Source of the DNA: Vicugna vicugna
Lineage: Eukaryota
Direction: 5' to 3'
Length of the DNA stretch: 64,000 nt
NCBI GenBank assembly: GCA_013265495.1
Contig: MU057880.1
Span: forward strand, 310,001 to 374,000
Shown: piece after piece, positions 39,246-52,119 of the stretch
Layout of the letters: each line of letters starts with the position of its first letter
Numbering within the stretch: position 1 is the stretch's first letter
Made by a program: the position numbers and the translations under genes
Notes under the pieces: generated by a model
Told to the model about the DNA's origin: nothing
The model's database searches: none
The model's input: the letters and a program-made list of their open reading frames with translations, nothing else

Positions 39246-40854
39246 CAGAAGTCAGAGGTCAAGAAGACCAGACCCAGGAGTCCCATCTCGAGGACAACAT
39301 CTGTCCCCCATACTAATTTTAAGACAGCTAATTATCCATTAGATATAGTCAACTGGTACAGTGAGCTAGATCTTACAACCTAACTACACATGTTATCAAA
39401 TGCAGGAATGAATATTTTGATTGAAACCAGTTCACCATTTGGGCGTTGAAGATTGATGTCAAGGAATCCCAGTGGAAGGAGGCACTTTTCACTATCAACA
39501 CAGAGCCAGTGTGAGTGTGCCCAGAATGAGGAAAAGCCAGCAGCTGGAACCCCAAATTGCCCCGCAGCAAGCGCGGCTGTTTCCCTTCTGCTGTGTATTT
39601 CAAGGGTTTCCAGCAGCTTTCAAAACCATTTAAGAGCCGGGGCAGTCAGCAGCCTCCCGGATCACTGCCAACGGCTGAGCGTTCTGTTAGAACCAAGCAC
39701 ACAGGAAGATTGAGCGAAAGCATCTCTATCTGTATTCTGTGCCTCCAGCACAATGTTTCCTTATGGAAATGCACGACTCAACTCAAGAATATAAGTTTTG
39801 TTTGGAAAGATAAAAGGAAGTCAAGTTTGGCACTCCGAGGAAGTGACTTTTAAACAGCTAGGCACCAAAGCACTGTGGACGGTGCACGTCAGACTCCAGA
39901 ACCCAGGGCACTGCGTTAATAATGCAGTTACAGCCTCTGTCTCTTTCCATTCGTCAGCCTTTCTTGGAGCCAAACCCTCAATGCCACCTGCTTTGTGGTC
40001 TAAGCTGTCTTTCTGCAAGAATGTCCTAGCCTAAGGTCCTGTGATCATCTCACCGAGAGAGCGCTCTCAGGCTAGATGGGCACAGCAGCGTCACTGGGGG
40101 ATTGGTGGCTTCACTTGGAGTTTTGCAGCACTGATATTCGTGTTTATTGTCCGTTCCTTACAGCACCCCTGAGAGGTCGGCGAGCACTGTTATCCTCAGC
40201 ATCCAGTGAGGCAGAACAACACACTTGGGATTAGGAAAAGAGGCTGAATTGGGGCTGTTAGCATGCTATGTAGTCCAGAGACACACACTCTCATTGCGAG
40301 CAATGCATCAGCAGGAGTCCCGGGGTCCAGACTGAAAGCGAAAACACCAGTATGTTTCCCCGAGTGATCCCTTCCCACATACGAGGCCAGAGTGGGAACC
40401 CTCACGGTGGTACCCACAGCGTCACAACAGGTGTAAGGGGCGGCCACACTCCCCTCCCCAACATCCGTCCTCACCCTCATCCCTTCCCCACACATGCCAG
40501 AGACAGAGCCCAGACCCCTACTCTGCAAACCTCCCTCCTTCCCCAACACTCAGGCGCACATCGTCACCCACGACCAATAACTTACAGCACATCTCTAGTT
40601 TAGAAACTGTTTCTATTACGTGTCTTTGGAAACTCTCAACAATTTTGGCTTCTTCTCACTTAATTTCTTCCCCTCCGCGCATATGGCAAGTTGTGCTTTT
40701 TGAGGCATGTTTTTCCCCTAAGATACTTTATATTCCCTTAGCTCTTGAATAATGTCAATAGAACTTATTACTAAGCAAGCGCACTCATTCAAGTAGGATT
40801 AGAACTGTTGTGATTTAACAGGAAGACAGCCTCAAAGGCAGCTCTATTTTCATC

Positions 40855-41220
40855 CTAAGAGCATGGATTTCAGAACTAAAGAGACATGAGTTCAAATCTT
40901 TCTCCCTCACTTAAATCAGCTCTGTGACTCTGACGAATCACTGACCCCTACAGTGGCCTCATTCATAGATCTGGATGATATAATAGAACTTATAGGGTGG
41001 TCATGAGAAAATACTAATATATGATATATAGAGAGCTTGACACATATGAGGCGCATAATGTATGAAAATAATTGTGATTTTTAGTAAGTTTCTTGGGTTC
41101 TATGAATTTCATTCTCTTAACGAAGCCAAAGTCAAGAGAATGGTGCGGATTAAATGAGGTAATATACGTAAAGCCCCGCACAGTCATAACACAGGGCAGA
41201 TAGGCAGGCAATAAACAATA
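40855..41220 (+). mobile_element. MIR fragments
   Basis: aagagcatggatttcagaac..agacatgagttcaaatc..gctctgtgact; second piece ggattaaatgaggtaatatacgtaaag. Confidence 0.6.
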
Positions 41221-41252
41221 CTTCTCCTCCCGAGGGAAGGGATTGTCTGCAC

Positions 41253-41751
41253 TGTGAACAAAAAATACTGCAAGCCACATCAGTAAACAAAGAATGCTGA
41301 AGCCACCAAGTCATCAGCAGCTGCCGCCACCCCCCAGTGAGGACTAAGCCTGCAGCCCAGCCGCTGCAGCCACTCACAAGGGTGCCCTCTGAGGGGACTC
41401 AGAATAAGAAAGGACAGGATACTGGCCCTAGATAGCTAGGTGCTTGTCAAAGGAATGAATTCAGTGAGCCCAAATGTTTGCTTCCTCCCATACACAGAAG
41501 AGCGCTAAATTCTTCAACTTGAGATGCCTGCTTTTCTTTAGCTAACAAGTAATCTTTTAATGTTCCAAGTACCTGGTCTTTGTTGTAAAGCTCCTACATA
41601 TCCTGGCTCCTCCCCTACCTCTTCAGAGCAGCCCCTCAGAGCCATCTGCGAGGCTGTCACCCAGGGCTTGAAGGGGTTCGAGTCCTCAGAAATGTCTGCC
41701 AAATAAAACATAACTCTCGACTTTTAGGCTGTGCATTTATTTCAGCCGATA
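41253..41751 (+). mobile_element. Solo LTR (499 bp)
   Basis: TG start, TA end (mutated CA), 4-bp TSD gcac (41249-41252 / 41752-41755), AATAAA at 41702. Confidence 0.85.
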
Positions 41752-41907
41752 GCACCAACATAATTTTATTTTACAGGTGAGGAAACTAAGGTTTATTCTC
41801 AATGATCCAAGGCAGCAGAGTTGCAGTATCAGTTCTTAAGTCAGCCTCCTCTCTTGTCCAACAGACAGCTCATGCGGCTTTATGTTTATTAAAGAAATAC
41901 CTTCAGA

Positions 41908-42082
41908 GGGCAGGATGTAGTGGTAGAGTGTGTGCCTAGCATGCACAGGATCCTGGGTTCAATCCCCAGCACCTCCACTAAAAAATAAATAAATAAATAC
42001 GTAAATAAAAACCGAATTACCTCCCCAAAACATTAAAAGAAAAAAAGAAAAAGGTCATTAAAAATAAGACATTAAAAAAAAA
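41908..42082 (+). mobile_element. tRNA-Ala-derived camelid SINE
   Basis: gtggtagagtgtgtgcctagcatgcacaggatcctgggttcaatccccagcacctcca plus tail; flanking accttca repeat. Confidence 0.87.
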
Positions 42083-42519
42083 GACCTTCAAATGCTGAGC
42101 ACAGAAAGGCCACAACTAAGATGTTAAATAAAAAATTAATAATAATAATAGTAATAGTTAAAATGTAACCAGTATATATTATGCACCAGGTAGTGTTCGA
42201 AAGATTTACATGTTTTAACTACTTTAGTTAAAAAGGAAGATCTTGTTACGGTTCTCAGCCCCAGGGAGATGTGGGATTGGTCGTGAGCCCCATCTTCCCT
42301 TTGCCTCCTGACCAGGCAGTGGTGTGTTGGTTGGTGTTGGCAAGTCTGAGTCCACAGACAAGATGATTGTGGCCACTGCTCCAGCACGCAGCACGAGATG
42401 TGTTTTCCGCTAGCGATGGAGTTTGGACCGATGCGCTGGCGCAAGTCAGCATCAAGGATGTCCCCTGTTCTGCTTCATCACCTCAAGTCCCTTATCCAAA
42501 AGGCACCATACACACCCAG

Positions 42520-43022
42520 GGATACAGGCAAATGGGGCCTGAGGAGGGCCGTGGCCCAGGTCTCAGTTGAGTCCCAGGGGTGCACCCCACCAAGTGAGAG
42601 TCCTTGGCTTCATGCAGGAAAGAAATCAAGAGTGAGTCATAGTGGAGCAAAGGTAGATTTATTCAGAGAGGTACACACTCCATAGACAGAGTGAGGCCCT
42701 CTCAAAAGGCAAGAGGTGCGGGTTTGTTACATTTTAGGGGCTCAGTAACTTCACACGCTAACAAGTGGGAGGATTATTCTGACTACTTTGGGGAAGGGGC
42801 TGGGACCCCCAGGAATGGGGCCATCGTCCACTTTTTGACCTTTGATGGTCAGCCTTGCAACTGTCCTGGCACCTGTGGGAGGACCATTTAGCACCTCTCG
42901 TCTTTCACTGAGCGGATACTAAAGCTCAAGGCCCACTGGGAGTTGAACATCCTGCCCTCTTGATGCTAAAGGCTGCGTCGTTCTTTCAATGGTTGTGCCC
43001 TGCCCCCCTCCCTCCTGTCTCA
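42520..43022 (-). mobile_element. Solo LTR (~503 bp, MER4/LTR8-group-like)
   Basis: 4-bp TSD ccag (42516-42519 / 43023-43026); ends tctca; tccttggcttcatgcaggaaagaaatcaag...gatttatt typical of the minus orientation. Confidence 0.75.
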
Positions 43023-43282
43023 CCAGGAGATATGTTCTATTTAAAAAAAAAAAAAAAAAAGGAAAGTGGATTTTCCATACGCATGTAACTGAGAGGGAGC
43101 AGGCTAGCCGAGGCCAGACCGTGGTGGGGAAAAGCTCTGGGTTTTGCTGTGATTTCTATGTGCCATTGCATCATCTCAGCCTGCCACATTTCCATTCTTG
43201 TAACCTCAAGTGATTTTCAGCCGAAAATCCACTGGGCACACAGGCTCTTCCGTCCCTCCCTGTCCGTCCTCTCACTCTCCTT

Positions 43283-43318
<36 letters not shown>
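43283..43318. repeat. Compound microsatellite (TC)9(AC)9
   Basis: Directly visible. Confidence 0.95.
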
Positions 43319-43319
<1 letters not shown>

Positions 43320-44234
43320 CAGAGACAGAATACAGCTCAGTGCCTCTTGGCATAGATTTTGGTTCAGCTTCATTAGGCCAACCATCTGGGTCATTTCAAT
43401 TGCGTTTCCAGTCCCGAAATGATTGCAGCAACTGCATCAGCCCATCCCGCAATCCCACCTCTCTGACCCCCTCCCCACACCAGCTCCCTAAGCCCAAAAC
43501 TTAGTAAAGGAAATAAAATTCATGTTTTTGGAAGATGGGAGAATTTTCCTTTAATCCACCCGGGGTCAGACGGCCAGAGCCGCAGAGTTAATCTCCACGT
43601 TGGTCAGAGCAAATGAAAGCCCTTCTGTCGCAGAATCATTACTGAGAGCTGCGTACCCTCTCCCCGCCCCTGCCTCTGATCTCCCTGAACTCTGTGATGT
43701 GACTAAGCTCATCACTGGGACAGCATCCAGCAAATGAAATGTGACTCTGTAATTTCATCTGCAACCCTCCAATTGTACTGGAATGGCTGCTAGGGCCTTT
43801 GGCCTCTTCTTAACTGCTGGACTTTATTTATGCCAAAGGAAACGATTATAGTTTAGGTTAAAATCATCACTTGCAGGCCCTAAGAATCCCTAAGCTTGCA
43901 GAGGGTAAGCGCCTAATGTATATAGAAATATAATTGCTGGAAAACATTGTCTATGAAGTCTCTCTACTACTGAGTTTTTTCTTAAGTGTAAGATTTTACA
44001 GGTTGCAGAAAATAAAGACAAGTATTAGTCTTCAAATGAATCAGTCTGGTCGTAACAAATTCACTAGCCAATGACTTCATCAGCCCGTGGCCAAGTAAGA
44101 ACTGTCTTTAAAGATTTAAGAAAACAGCTATCTTGAAGATAAATGACATCAGAAGTAGCAAGCTTTCTTCTGTTGGTTTTGTTTGCTAGACTGGATTTCT
44201 TAACTTTCTCTGCTTCTCCTTGCTACCTAATTTC

Positions 44235-45100
44235 TTCATTTATCCAGCCAATATGTATTAATTTCTTTCTTTGATATTTATTACCACCTGCTAAAAAGTA
44301 AGGATAAAACTGTGAACAAGACAGACACGACCCCTGCCCTGACCGAGCTTATGGGCAAGGAGAAGATGCAGAACAGTAAAGGAGAGTTTATCATACAGCG
44401 AAGAAGCCACGTGGCAGTGGACACGAGGTGTTACGGAGACCCTTAGGAAGAACAGCCAACCCAGACTCGGGACGTTGTGAAAACGCCTCAGGGGAAGCAC
44501 CTTTCAGATAAAACCTGACTGATGGAGAAGAGCGGAGCAGACAGGCCTGGTGTCTGAATCTGCTCGGGCTATTGCAGAACACCAGAGGCTGGGTGACTGA
44601 AATAGGAAACATTTCCCACAACCCTGGAGGCCGGAAGTCCAATGTCAGGGTCCAGTGAGGGCCATCTTCCTGCTGTGTCCTCACAGGGCCTCCATGGTGG
44701 GTGCACAGAGGAAGAGGGTGGTCTCACGTCTACTCCTCTTTTATAAAAGATGACTCCCTTCATGAAGACCCTACTCTCATGACCTATCTAACCCCAGTGA
44801 CCTCCCAAAAGCCCCACCTCCAAATACCACCACCTCGGGGGCTAGGGTTTCAAGATGTTGATTTGAAGCAACACAAACATTCAGTCCACAGCAGTTGGGA
44901 GATATGTATTCAGAGCAGCGAAAACACAGGATGCTCAAAATTCAAGAGGCCAGAGAGATCAAGGCTCATTCTCAGAACTAACCGAGATTTTGTACAGCTG
45001 AATTTTAAAGTGTGAGAGAGAAGGAAGTGGAAAGAAGCTTGGGCAGTAAAAAGGAGGGGAGGAACATGGGGTTTATCCTAAGATCAAAGGTCTGCATCCT
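44235..45100 (-). mobile_element. L2 fragment interrupted by an MLT1A-like LTR
   Basis: ttcatttatccagccaatatgtatt ... gtgaacaagacagacac..ccctgccct; purine-rich L2-like sequence resumes after 44893. Confidence 0.55.
44551..44893 (-). mobile_element. MLT1A-like MaLR LTR
   Basis: tgtctgaatctgctcgggct ... ctggaggccggaagtccaa ... acctcccaaaagccccacctccaaatacc ... acattcagtccacagca. Confidence 0.85.
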
Positions 45101-45154
45101 TAAAGTGGAGAAATGCCATAATTAGATTTGAGGGGTAAAAACATTATCCTGTTA

Positions 45155-45857
45155 ATATAATTTGGTGTAGTCATGATGGAAAACGGTAAGGAGATTCCTT
45201 AAAAAACTGAAAACAGAGTTACCATATGATCCAATAATCCCACTCCTGGGCATGTATCCAGAGGAAACTCTAATTTGAAAAATACATGCACTCTAATGTT
45301 CTCAGCAGCACTATTTACAATAGCCAAGACATGGAAGCAACCTAAATGTCCATCAACAAATGACTGGATAAAGCAGCTGTGGTATATTTACACAATGGAA
45401 TACTACTCAGCCATAAAAAAGACTAAAATAATGTCATTTGCAGCAACAAGGATGAACCTGGAGATTGTCATTCTAAGTGAAGTCATCCAGAAAGAAAAAG
45501 AAAAATATCATATGATATCACTCACATATGGAATCTAAAAGAAAAAAAAAGACAAATGAACTTATTTACAAAACAGAAACAGACTCACAGACATAGAAAA
45601 CAAACTTATGGTTACCAGGAGGGGAAAGGAGGGAAAGGGATAAATTAGGAGTTTGGGACTAACAGATACAAACTACTGTATATAAAATAGATAAACAACA
45701 AGGACCTACTATATAGCACAGGGAACTATATTCAACATCTTGTAGTAACCTATAATGGAAAAGAATGTATGTATACATATATAACTGAATCACTATGCTG
45801 TACACCAGAAACTAACACAACACTGGAAATCAGCTATACTTCAATTTAAAAAAGAAT
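45155..45857 (+). mobile_element. 5'-truncated L1 (ORF2 C-terminus, 3'UTR)
   Basis: ORF 45275-45538 is the L1 ORF2 C-terminus (AALFTIAKTWKQPKCPS); TSD ca(t/c)tatcctgtta (45142-45154 / 45858-45870). Confidence 0.95.
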
Positions 45858-46611
45858 CACTATCCTGTTAGCTGGGTGGGAACATGCTGGGAACGGTGAA
45901 TTCATGAACATAAGTCCAGAGTTGGAGAGCCGGCAGAACTGAGGACTCTGACAAAGATTACTTTTTGCTTTGATGTGCTCAAAAGATACACTGTCAACAA
46001 AGGACATCTGAGGATGTCAGGCTCTGAACTGTTCAGTGAGTCTCCCATCTCTTCATTGTAAATCTCCCTCGTTGGTGGCATGGTTGTCAGCTATCTGTCC
46101 ACAGGAAGATCCTGCCAGGCCTTGGGATGTACCACACAGGGGTTTACCAAACTTCAAATTTCCCAATCACAACTACCTTCTACTGTAGCAGAATTAACTT
46201 TTTAAAAAAACCATTAACAAACTCTGTTACCCAGATTTAGCATCTGCATTTGAAGTAGAATTCCTGAAAGAGCCACCTGAACATCCTGAAAAATTGCCTC
46301 ACAAATCATACAGTCATGATCAGGAGATCAGGCATCACACGGGGTAACGCACTGCAGCTCTGAAGTAAGCTGTGCTCAGCACCTGCTCTATAATGTATGG
46401 GAGGCTCTGAGCGGAGCAGTTTGGACCGGAGCCCATCGCTAATGTGGAGACCAGTCCCAAGGCTGCCGAAGTGAGGGTGTGCTCTCAACTCACGCAGCAG
46501 TGATAGGAATAAAACTGGAAAAAGCTGACAGATTCAAGAGATATTTGCCAGACAGAACTTGGCTAATAACCTGGATATAGGGGAAGACAGATTTCTAAGA
46601 AATATTCTTTG

Positions 46612-47712
46612 ATTTATTTTTTATTGAAGTATGACTGATTTCCAGTGTTGTGTTACTTTGAGGGGTACAGCATAGTGATTCAGTTACACACACATAGATT
46701 CTTCTTTATATTCTTTTTCATTATAGGTTGTTACAAGCTATTGAAAATATTTCCCTGTGCTATACAGTAGGTCTTTGTTGTTTATCTATTTTATATACAG
46801 TAGTTTGTAGCTGTTAATCCCAAGCTCCTAATTTATCCTTCCCCCATATTTACCCTTCAGTAACCTTAAGTTTGTTTTCTGTGTCTGTGCTTCCATGTCT
46901 TGGGTATTATAAATAGTGCTGCTATGAACACTGAGGTGCATGTATCTTTTCAAATTAGAGTTTCCTCTGGACCTATGCCCAGGAGTGGGATTGCTGGATC
47001 ATAGGGTTAGTCTATTTTTAGTTTTTTAAGGAACCTCCATACTGTTTTCCATAGTGGCTGCACCAAACTACATTCCCACCAACAGTGTAGGCAGGTTTCC
47101 TTTTCTCAACACCCTCTCTAACATTTATCATTTGTAGACAATTTAATGATGGCCACTCGGATAGTGTAAGGTTATACCTTATTGTAGATTTGATTTGAAT
47201 TTCTCTAATAATTTGCGATGTTGAGCATCTTTTCATGTGCCTGTTGGCCATCTAGATGTTTTCTTTGCAGAAATGTCTACTTAGGTCTTCTGCCTATTTT
47301 TTGATTGGGTAGCTTGGGTTTTTTGGTTTTTTTTTTTGATATTGAGCTGTATGAGCTACTTGTATATTCTCAAAGTTAAGCCTTTGTCAGGTGCATTGTT
47401 TGCAGATATTTTTCTCCCAGTCCAAAGGTTGTCTTTTTGTTGTGTTTAGGGCCTCCTTTGCTGTGCAAAAGCTTGTAAGCTTAATTAGATCCCATTTGTT
47501 TATTTTTGCTTTTATCTCCATTGCCTTGGGAGACTGACCTAGAAAAAATATTGCTATGATTTATGTCAGAGAATGTTTAGCCTATTCTGTTCTAGGAGAT
47601 TTATGGTGTCCTGTCTTATGTTAAGAGTTCAAGCCATTCTGAGTTTATTTTTGTGTATAGTGTGAGGGAGTGTTCTAACATTTACATGCGACTGTCCAGT
47701 TTTCCCAACACC
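46612..47712 (-). mobile_element. 5'-truncated L1 with internal deletion
   Basis: ORF2-like [21 protein letters not shown] (47018-47251); 3'UTR joins ORF2 abruptly at ~46888. Confidence 0.93.
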
Positions 47713-47724
47713 CACCTCCAACAC

Positions 47725-47892
47725 CCTGTGACATATAACACTATTGGTTTCAGGTGTACAATATAATGATTTGATAACTGTATACAATACAGAATGATCG
47801 CCACAGTAAGTCTAGTAAACATCCATCACCACATAGAGTTAGAAATCTCTTTTTTGTTGTGATAAGACCCTTAAACATCTTTTTCAAGAACT
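47725..47892 (-). mobile_element. Older L1MA-like 3' fragment
   Basis: gacatataacact..tttcaggtgtacaa..taatgatttgata ... aagtctagtaaacatccatcaccaca. Confidence 0.75.
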
Positions 47893-48499
47893 TTTAGGAA
47901 GCTTTTCTTTTCATCAAGACTTGGCTATCAATGAAATCAGCTAAAATCTCACAGTCTCTCTTGTGTTTCTGAAAGATGTTCATGAATTCCAAAGTCTGTC
48001 AGTGTCCTTAGTAGCACAACATTTCCCCAGTGAAGAAAATAAACCCAACATGGCAGGTGGGGAGCAACGTAAGGGAGGAAGGGACGTCCGTTTCCCTCAC
48101 CCTCTACATCTTTCAGCTTCTGCTTTGCTTCTGGAGCCTCCCATCCCTCTGACCACCCAGGGTCTGTCACTCACCTGGGGGCCCTGAGCTGCTCCCCAGC
48201 CTTCCCGTCTTAGAGAATCCTGGACTCCTGTGTTCTCACACGTGTTCAAAGTCAATTCTCTCTTCAGCCAGCTGCCAGGTGGGAAGGGGGGCTCACGTCA
48301 GTTCCACAGCTGATAACACTTTATCCTTGTACCATAATTTACGTTAATCACTGGCTAAGGACAAAGTCACTTTTATCTGAACTTATGTTTTGCTTCTCTG
48401 AAAAGTTGCGTAATTGGAGTAGCTCAGACCAGACATCAGAAATTCACAGCCCTTCGGGGGCTGAGCACGTACCACGGATGAGTGAAGCAAACAAGGTGT

Positions 48500-48780
48500 T
48501 GGGTGGTGGGGACGGCTGGTTTCCACCTGGACTCAGCCGGTTCCTGCCTGCATATAGCTTTAATAAACTGTTGTTTTGTAGACTCAGTGTTGCCCGATCT
48601 TCCAAATTTTTTCAAGAGGATTTGGAAATGCAGATTTCTTTTATGTAATGATACAATTTCAAAAAATTTGGCAAAGCAACTCATTCAAATGTTTAAAATT
48701 TGTGAGCCAGCACTATGTAGGCCAAACAAAACATATCTGCTGGCTGAATTTGGCCCGCAAATGAGCATTTGGCACCCCTG
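48500..48780 (-). mobile_element. MER102-like hAT-Charlie DNA transposon
   Basis: cagtgttgcccgatcttcc ... ggccaaacaaaacatatctgctggctgaatttggcccgc ... tttggcacccctg. Confidence 0.7.
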
Positions 48781-51023
48781 GGTTAGATAATCCCCGAGGC
48801 TTTATTCTGGCTGTTTAATTTGTGTGTGGGGAAAATCTAAGATGTCTTCACCTTCAGAATATAATCTCCAAAATTGTGGAATTCTAGACTCCAGGGCAGG
48901 CGAGAGGGAAGCATATTTATGCCTTCAGGTTGCTCTGAGTGTCCTTCAAATCTTAGCAAATAAGTACTTCATCGATGTACATGATTATACCTCATTTTTG
49001 ATGACCTTATAACACAGTAAGGTTTGAAGCTGTCCAACGTGGTGAAAGATGAAAGGGGTAATTTCTCAGAAGAAATTGCTGCTTTTCTCTTGACCCAAAT
49101 TGAAGCAGAGTTGAGCCACATTAGAATTAATATCATCAGGGTAATGTTATGTTAAAACACTGTGCAAATAGGTTTTTTTTCCAGTTATGAAACTTGAAAA
49201 AAACCATAAAGGAGTTTTTTTTTTTTTAATACCAACCATTTGTTATTTCTTCTTGTCCTCTGGATTAGCTGGTCTAGCATGGCTAATCTCTGTGGTCAGC
49301 AGAGGGCTGGCCGAGGCGGGATGGTGCAAGATGGCCTCATTCTCGCATCTTGGGCAGACAGGCTGTTTGTCTGGTCTAAGAAGCCTCAGCTGGAGGGCTT
49401 GCCTCTGCTCCACACAATCTCTCATCCTCGGGGAGGCCCCCTGTCAGGTTCTTTCCCAGGCCTCAGGGCTTGAGAAGAATAAAGAGAAGACAGACAAGCC
49501 AAGGGTGCATCCATGTTACACCCTCAGACCTTGCTAGGATTTGCATTTGTAACTTCTGAGCTCCTGCAGAGTTCCTTCTAGGTCTCTGACTCCGTCATGT
49601 TTGATAATGTCCCATTGGTCTGGACCTCAGCCCTGTTCTACCTCCACTCCACACATCTGCCCTCCCTCCCCAGGCTTGACAACGACACAAATGGCCTTCC
49701 CATCCCATCTCAGGTGCTGTGCAATTTTGTGAGACCATCACTGCTGAAGAACAGCACGTCTCTTTTTTCTCTTGGTATGAGGCACTTGGCAAGGGGGCCT
49801 TTTCTCTAGATTTCAGGTGAACACATTTGGTCTGGATGCCCCCTCAGCTTATCTTAGGTTCTAACCATCTCAGAGACAGTCTTGTCTGAGACTCAAAGAG
49901 AGGCAGCACTGGATCCCTTCTGAGATATTCAGGACCCACCTGGTTCCAGCCCTTCTGATCCTTCTCTTTTGACCTTCTCACCTCAAGAAGGTCTTTTCCT
50001 TTATCAGCTGGAAAACTTTCTTAAATCCTATTCTCTGTTCTCCTCTGCTCTGTGCATTCAGTGCTAGAATGACTCCATGCGCCGGCTCAATATCTTTAGA
50101 TTCAAGTCCTGAAGAAGGTCTCATTCACCTTGGGTCAGCATGAGGTTTGAAGGTCAAAGCTCAGAGGTTCAATTTTAGGACCACTCAGGGGGTGAGACAG
50201 GAAGTCTCCATGAAAGCTCTCCCTTCAGTAGAGGTTATCCCATAATAGGAAAGAATTGAGTGGTCATTTCCAAAATAAGCTAATCATTGCTTCTATCTTG
50301 GCATACATTCAAATGGAGTTTAACCACATTAAAAATTAATGTCATCTGGGCACAACTGTGTGCAAATAGATTGTGTCCACTTATGAAATTCGAGAATGAA
50401 AAGATAATGCCAGGTGGTTTTTTAATGCCTATAAAATGACACTAATAACTTTGAATTGACATCTTATGCAGCCTTAGTTCAGACTGCACATAATACCCGG
50501 AGTCCCTTAGAAAGAAAACAGAGGTATTAACTCATGCACAACATGCTACTTCATTCTGTTTTCCAGCTTGCTCAGAACACTCTCTCAGGACAGCTGACTA
50601 GTTGATTGTTTTTTGTTTTTTTAATTATACTTGCGAATTGCTCCTAAGGAGGCAATGGCTTTAGCATGTTATTTGTAATGTCTATACAACCAAAGTTATT
50701 TGAATACGAGTTTTTATAGAAGTTTGGAAATAACTGACCAGGAATTCAGTGTTCAGTTCTTAAACTGGGGATTAATAGAGCAGTAACGTTATCACTGCAA
50801 CCAAGCCTGGTGTGTTCACCACGTTTTGTAAAGCACCATTAGCACGGATGCTCTAAGAAAAGTCAGTAAATGTTTTGGAGGTTGAACCTACCATTCATCT
50901 CCTATTACCACTGAGCCTCATATTTACAAAACACTTTTTGCCTTTTGTTACATACCACTTCTAAGCTATTTTTCATCATAGCACTGTGAATTATTTTTCT
51001 GGTAGTAAGGACCCGAGGCAAAA

Positions 51024-51041
51024 ACGTCATTTCCGGGAAGT
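51024..51041. promoter_or_regulatory. Candidate STAT (GAS) site with adjacent CRE half-site
   Basis: acgtca-t-TTCCGGGAA-gt; motif match only. Confidence 0.4.
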
Positions 51042-51324
51042 AAAGAGAAAATAAGAAGCCGGAGGAGAAAAGAAGAGCAATTTGAGGGATTCTCAGAAAA
51101 AAGAAAAGAACCCACAGCAGTCAGCAGAAACATAGCATCTTAAAAGCAGAAAGGACAGGCCTGCTGTGTGCTGGCCTCACTCCACTCAGGACCACGGGGA
51201 GGAAGCACACAGACAAATGAGGTTCATTCAGATGGAGGGAGGACTGAAAATGATTCCATGTTTTCAAAAATAACATAAAAACCTCTGAGTGATCTTACCA
51301 CATTTAACAGAGAGAAGACTCAGG

Positions 51325-51590
51325 TGTGATGGTTAATTGCATGTATCAAACTGACCTGCCCCAGGAGGTACCCAGGTCGTTGGTAAAACATTGTTTCTAG
51401 ATGTGTCTGTGAACGTGTCTCCAGAGAGATTAGCGCTGGGATCAGTAGACTGGGGACAGTACCATCCCCACCAATGCTGGTGGGCAACACGTCATCCCTG
51501 GAAGCCCTGAATGGAAGAAAATGGAGCAGAAAGCGTCAGTTATCTCTCTCAGACCTCGGTCTTCCCTTGCCCTGGGACATCGACCCTCAG
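51325..51590 (+). mobile_element. MLT2-family LTR, 5' part
   Basis: tgtgatggttaatt..atgtatcaaactgac ... tggtaaaacatt..tctagatgtgtctgtga ... gagattagc. Confidence 0.8.
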
Positions 51591-51962
51591 ACGCCAAGCA
51601 GAGTTGAATTTTAATTTCCTTTGTCTCCTCCAGCCTTATATGTACAAACAGATGTATAGTCAGACCTGAGATTTACTGTCAAACACACCTGGTAGACCTG
51701 GTCTGCACTGCGGCTCTCTGGGAAGCTCTGCTTTGCCATCTTTAAAATGGGGCCCCTTTGAGGGTCTCAGACACACACGTGTTCTGTGAGCACCCAGGGC
51801 GGAGCTTAACACAGCACTTCCTCAGTCACTTTATGACTAATCCAGTCTCTTGGAGACCCTTTCAGAGGATGATTCAGGAATCCAAAGACAAGGAATTAAG
51901 GAGGACGCACCTTTTTTATGGCAGACACTGAAGAGAAAGAGAGTAGTTGCAAGAATAGAAGA

Positions 51963-52022
51963 CTATACTTCAATTTTAAAAAAAAGGAAAAGAAAAAAGT
52001 TAAAAAAAATCTGACTTAAAAA
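51963..52022 (+). mobile_element. Ultra-short L1 insertion (terminal ~12 nt plus A-rich tail)
   Basis: ctatacttcaat plus A-rich tail; perfect 12-bp TSD aagaatagaaga (51951-51962 / 52023-52034). Confidence 0.8.
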
Positions 52023-52119
52023 AAGAATAGAAGAATCATTATTAAAACCCCGAGGATCTGAAATGTTTTTCATGGCTTAAAAATGCATTTTACAAACACC
52101 TTTGAAACACAAGGGGGAA

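Noticed and set aside
42244..42515. Extension of the 42520 LTR starting at tgttacgg
   Set aside because: The ccag TSD places the boundary at 42520; no matching TSD for the longer element.
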